Notes under the pieces: model-generated
Seen by the model: only the letters and a program-made list of their open reading frames with translations
Database searches by the model: none
What the model was told of the DNA's origin: nothing
Shown: positions 59,136 through 64,000 of the stretch, piece after piece
Layout of the letters: the number at the start of each line of letters is the position of its first letter
Numbering within the stretch: the stretch's first letter is position 1
From: Hydrolagus affinis
Lineage: Eukaryota
Assembly (NCBI GenBank): GCA_012026655.1
Contig: JAAILG010000157.1
Span: forward strand, 62,001 to 126,000
Direction of reading: 5' to 3'
DNA length: 64,000 bases
Made by a program: the position numbers and the translations under genes

Positions 59136-61494
59136 TTTTTAACCATTGTGTGAAATGAGTTCCAAGCAATAAATTATTTTTGGTTCTTTTCATAACGCAC
59201 ACAAGCCAGACTCCTGATTTTCTGAGAGGGCCTCCTGAACATATTCACGGATTTTCTAAACACTGCAACATTTCACAGTAAGGCCTTGTGTGTGCTTAAC
59301 CCTCTTCAGGATGTGGTCTTGGCACTCAAGTTTGTTACTTGTCATCAGAATGGCTCACTTTTGTTCTTGGAATCTGAACGTGAAGGCTTGGCTAGTTTAG
59401 TGCAGTGTTGTGGGGGAAGAAGGGAGCCAGAGTTTGGAGCAGAGAAACTCCAAAATAACCACATGTGGAAAGAATTTGACAGCCAGGAAGGACAATAGGT
59501 GAAGCTTCACTACTGATATTCTATAAAGGCTTTTAAGATTGACAGAAATTTGAGGTGCATATAGAGTAGTCGTTTTCTCATGAAGAGCTGGATTAGTGAT
59601 TCCTTTGCTGCTGTTCCATTCATCTTTGAGCAGGTCTTCAGACATCAGCAATCCTTGACCACTTAACTAACACTTGTATCTTAGAAACTATTGAGGAGAA
59701 GTCTGATCTCTGATTTTCCCATTATCCCCCCTACTTCCGGGTTCTATTCAATAAACTTCTGCAATCTGGAGCAAACGTCAGCGGGCCATCCCGGACAATC
59801 GGCTTCCAAGGTGCACACTAAACTGAGTAACTTCGGACTCGAGTGAGTCCAAGAACAAAAGTTGCATTTTCTCAGCAGCCTACAAAAATAGGGCTATACT
59901 GTAATGTTGCTGGGTCTAGAAATAGGCTTTGGAGAGGAGTACAGTTAATATCAGCAGCAAGTTGGGACAAGCTTTGAGGAATCTTTCACCAACTTTTTCA
60001 GTCACATTTGATGCTTATATATAGTACTCACAAACCCAAAGAGCTTGAAGTTTGTAACCGAAGGCAACCTTTGCAAGAAATGAGATCTTAAAAAAGGTAC
60101 ATCTTGGTAACAGCATGTCCTCTTTCAATTAAGACCGACTGTTATCAGTGAGGCAAATGAAGGTCAATTCAGTGATACTGGCATTTAAAAATAATTAGTG
60201 TGCTGTGAGAAGGTTGTGGTCCTTTTATGAAATTTTATGTAGGTGAAAGTCATGTTGTGGTGTATGAAGTTACAACACTACTCTCTTTGAAATTCTTATC
60301 TCTTAACTAACAATGCATATCAAGGCTGTGCACAAAAACGTGAGCTATTTAGATTTACGTATAGTGGGGGTATAGTGGACACCGCAGGTGCCTTTGACAA
60401 TGTGTGTGCTTGACCACAAGGCGCAAAAGTCAAGAAGTATGAATGTTATACCACAGCATGATGGACGTGGTCTTATATTCGTACAAAGGCTATTTGGAGA
60501 AAATGTATAAAATCAAGACGCGTTAAATTGAAGACCTGCCTTAACTTTATGTGCAGCCATAAGAGGAATACTGTACTGCAGTCACAGTGAACCAGTCAAA
60601 AGCCAGAGTTGAATGTTGCAATGTTGTCTGAGTAATACATGGGTTGTTGAGGCAGGCGCCTTACGCAGCAGGAACTTTAGTTCAACTGTTTGATATCTCT
60701 TGTTGCTGACTGTCAATTTTAACATCATGTGAGGCCTCGGGAATGTAAGCTCTGACCTAGGAGATTTTGAGCCATAAGTGAGTGAAGATATCTTTTTCAT
60801 CTGTTTTTATGATGTATGGAGTGTTTTTACTTATAGCCACATTGACTTTTGTTGTGAGTCCTTTATTTTAAGATGTCAGCATCTTGTAGATTGTACTTGC
60901 GTTTTCAGTTTATCTGAGACATAACGAGAGAGCAGAAGTGACACCCAAGGAAGAGCTCAGAGCAATGCGTGATCTATTAAGGTGTAGCACTGTGTTGCTT
61001 CTCAGGCCATTCCCATTTTATAATTAAAAAAAAATCAAATAAGATAAACTAGATTTAGAAAACACGAATAATCAGGATACAACAAGTGTGTTTTTATGCA
61101 GAGAGACAGAGACAGGAGTTCTGTAATGGCTGAACAGTGAGATTATTATCACATTTCATAGAAAAAACGATACTCAGTTACTTGAAGATCAATACTGGCT
61201 ATTTATTCTTCTTCAGACATCAGTTTATATCTGCTCTAATGTATGTATCAATGTGCCTACAAACGAAAACCTGATATTCTCTGGAGGGTCACTTACTCAG
61301 AAGTGTGATTAGAAAGCTGCTTGATCTGTTGTTGGTTAGTTGATAACTTGATATCCCAGCATCTGAAGTAAATAGTACCAATTCCCTATTCTCTGTTCAG
61401 TTGAAATCACTATTACTGTTTATAACAAAATCTATTGTTTTAAAGTATTAATTTTCTGTAATTAATGTATGAAAATTAATTACTGTACATGGAT

Positions 61495-61672
61495 GATAAT
61501 AATAATAATCCTTGCATTTGATATAGTGCCTTATGACATCATTGACACATCTCAAAGCTCTTCACAGAATATATTGTGGGGTGGAGTGACTTTAGGTGAA
61601 ACACGGAAGCCATCAGTGTCCCACAAAAAGCTGTGGATTGAGTAAGGACTATTTTTTGAGGGATTATTATTC
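61495..61672 (-). mobile_element. SINE 3' part
   Basis: (ATA)n tccttgcatttgatatagtgcc...gagggattattatt. Confidence 0.8.
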
Positions 61673-63235
61673 CTACATTTATACATATTACACTTGCTAC
61701 TTATTAGTATTACAATACTGTAACAATCCAATTCAAAGAACAATCTAAACCACAAGAACAGAACTCGCAGGTTAAGGTTCCCATCCAAACTCTGAGACAG
61801 GATGATATTATTGCTTCAAATTCACAGGGAGTTAACCAGTTTTATTTATAGTACAGTATATGGGTATTACATTTTCATAGCTACGTGAATTTTTCCACTG
61901 CGATTAACTGTGTGCAATAGGAGACAATGTATGTGACAAAACAACCTCCACAAATGGCAGTTTTACAAAGCTATTTTTAACAATGAATTTTCCTGTATAT
62001 CGATAGCCTGTACATATTGTTATTAATTATAATAGATTAACAAGCTGCTGAGTAATTGCCATATACAGTTTAGACGGCAGGCATGGTTAATAGCATCAGG
62101 TAATACAGACCATAGTACTAACAATAGTAACATTGACACAGCTCTGGGAATAAGCGCATGTGGGGCATCAATGAGGTAAACAAGTTCCATCTGCTCCCTT
62201 GAGAGATTGATCTCCAGGCACACAAACAGAGTTCACTGACACTTGAGAAGAATACTCGAAAGGGCACTCTTCAAAAATGAAGACCAAATAATATGGGATG
62301 CTGCAGGTTTAAATATAATGCATTCACAAAAAGAGGCTACAGCTGGAATCATCCTCTCAATGGTATGGATGTGGGTTAAAGAGTATGCTTCCTCTTGGCG
62401 TGAATCCCGCTTTCAGCATAATTGTCTGCACTTTCGACACTGAATTAAACCCAGCCATGATGTATTAGTGAACAGTAACCAAAACACCAATTAAATATCT
62501 AATTAAGGGGCGAACCTGACTAATTAAGACAAGCTGCCATTTCTGCATATTGTTTTGATGGGCTAAACATATGTGCTATAAAGAACATTTGAAATAGGAT
62601 TGACACCTTTTGTATTTATTAATCAGCTGCACAATACGTATTATCTTTTTACATATATTTGGATGCAAATGAGGCTACTGCGATTGTTGCAACAAAGGAG
62701 TAAAAGGCTCATTTGCCTCCCACTGAGGCAAAGGGCAGAACAAAAGAGCTACTTTGCCGTTTAGACTCCAGTGTAGGCTTTTTTCAATCTTAATTTAATT
62801 ACATTTCAACCAATTATCATCCTCAAAATGGCAGGATCCAGGAGAAATTAGGCACAATGCTTTTTTAAAGAAAGGAAATGAAACCAATTAGTTACATTAA
62901 TTAGAGGACAGAAAGCATTTTCCATTTTGTACCACTTTTTCTTATCAAAATGTCTCATAGTACTTTACAAGTAATTAGTGCCAAATGTAGTAACTGTGCT
63001 TGCATGGGCAAGAGGCCACCAGCAACAATTAGGTGAATGACCAATTAATATGGAGGATATGCTGACTGCAAAGAGGAGAAATTCCTCCCTGTCTTGAATA
63101 ATGTCACTTTTAGCATCCACATGAAACCAAGAGAAAAGTAAAACAGAGTGAGCAAAAATAAAGGACTTTTTAAAAACATGTTTTAAGGCGTACAGGGTTA
63201 ATATTAGAATACTGAAGCTTTTCCTGACATTTAAG

Positions 63236-63345
63236 TAACAATAATAATCCTTTCATTTGATATAGCGCTTTTTCACGTGTTCTGGATGTCTCAAAGCACT
63301 TCACAGAATATAATGTAAAGTGAATTCACTGTATATATATGTAGG
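63236..63345 (-). mobile_element. SINE tail fragment
   Basis: aataataatcctttcatttgatatagcgctttttcacgtgttctggatgtctcaaagcacttcacagaata. Confidence 0.8.
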
Positions 63346-64000
63346 TTCTAACTTTAATATTGGTGCTTGTTTGAACACTACATGCTTGAATTGAAAACAT
63401 AACAAAATGGCCAGCTCTGGGAAGCCTGAAATTCTCAGGACCTGTGGCAGTCAAAGGATTAATTATGTTGATTGTGAATCTATTTCTAGTTAGGAATTGT
63501 CCATAAATGCCTCTAATTAAATCACATTTATTCTACTTAATGCAAAAGTATTTCATCTGGTGTTATTTTTGTTATAAAAGCTGCGCCTTATGTTCAATTT
63601 ATAGATATGCTTTTCTCAGGTTTTTGGAGCTCGATGAAGCATACAACCATCTTAATTATATTTTTGCTTTGAATTTCAACCACTGAATTAAAAGTATGGA
63701 GTCCCAGAGCAATATTCCAAATTTCTCTAGAGTCTGATATGGTTTCATGTAGTCAAATGCATCCATTTTTAAACATTCAGCTCATCTCAAAAAATTAATT
63801 CAGGTCCACAAGTAAATTTCATTACTTGGGCTCTCAATGCATTAATAATGCAAACTCAACTTTAAAAGCAGCAGAACGTTTTTTCCCCTTCTGTTGAATA
63901 TGCCACATTTTCCATATAGCAATGAATACTTTCTCTGTAATCATTTTACATGAATTGTCCAAAACAGGATTTTTTAATATAATTCTTTTTAGAAATAACA

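Noticed and set aside
60582-60800. 72-aa ATG-initiated minus ORF upstream of the FKBP gene
   Set aside because: No recognisable motif, no convincing donor linking it to the FKBP frame, and length within chance expectation.
1-64000. Prokaryotic-type systems (CRISPR arrays, operons, defence islands)
   Set aside because: The sequence is clearly vertebrate with spliceosomal introns; the recurring ~290-bp repeats are dispersed SINEs, not regularly spaced arrays.

Overview
AT-rich vertebrate genomic DNA, most likely a cartilaginous fish and possibly a chimaera. This is inferred from Deu-domain/SacSINE1-like SINEs, L2 LINEs, HER1/CR1-type LINEs and the gene content. The short ORFs in the track are mostly not genes. 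Three spliced protein-coding genes can be assembled by hand with consistent exon phases. (1) The 3' 15 coding exons of a RASEF/Rab45-family large Rab GTPase, probably the rasef2 paralogue (+, 583-10691; the EF-hand 5' part lies outside the window). (2) A complete 3-exon serf2 gene (-, 18119-14710, 69 aa) with a CpG-island promoter. (3) A complete 8-coding-exon FKBP8/FKBP38 paralogue, probably fkbp16 (-, 54866-21121, 388 aa; FKBP domain, 3 TPR, tail anchor), with a GC-AG intron and an 18.8-kb intron. The most notable unexplained signals are a second CpG promoter at ~20.3 kb (full CRE, GC box, TATA-like element, splice donor) pointing antisense into the FKBP gene, and a ~100-nt tandem repeat in the FKBP 5' leader. 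That repeat looks like a decayed N-terminal coding extension and carries two paralogous uORFs. Inverted young SINE pairs also flank key exons. No convincingly novel multi-gene system was found; the remaining sequence is intronic or intergenic with dense SINE/LINE remnants.
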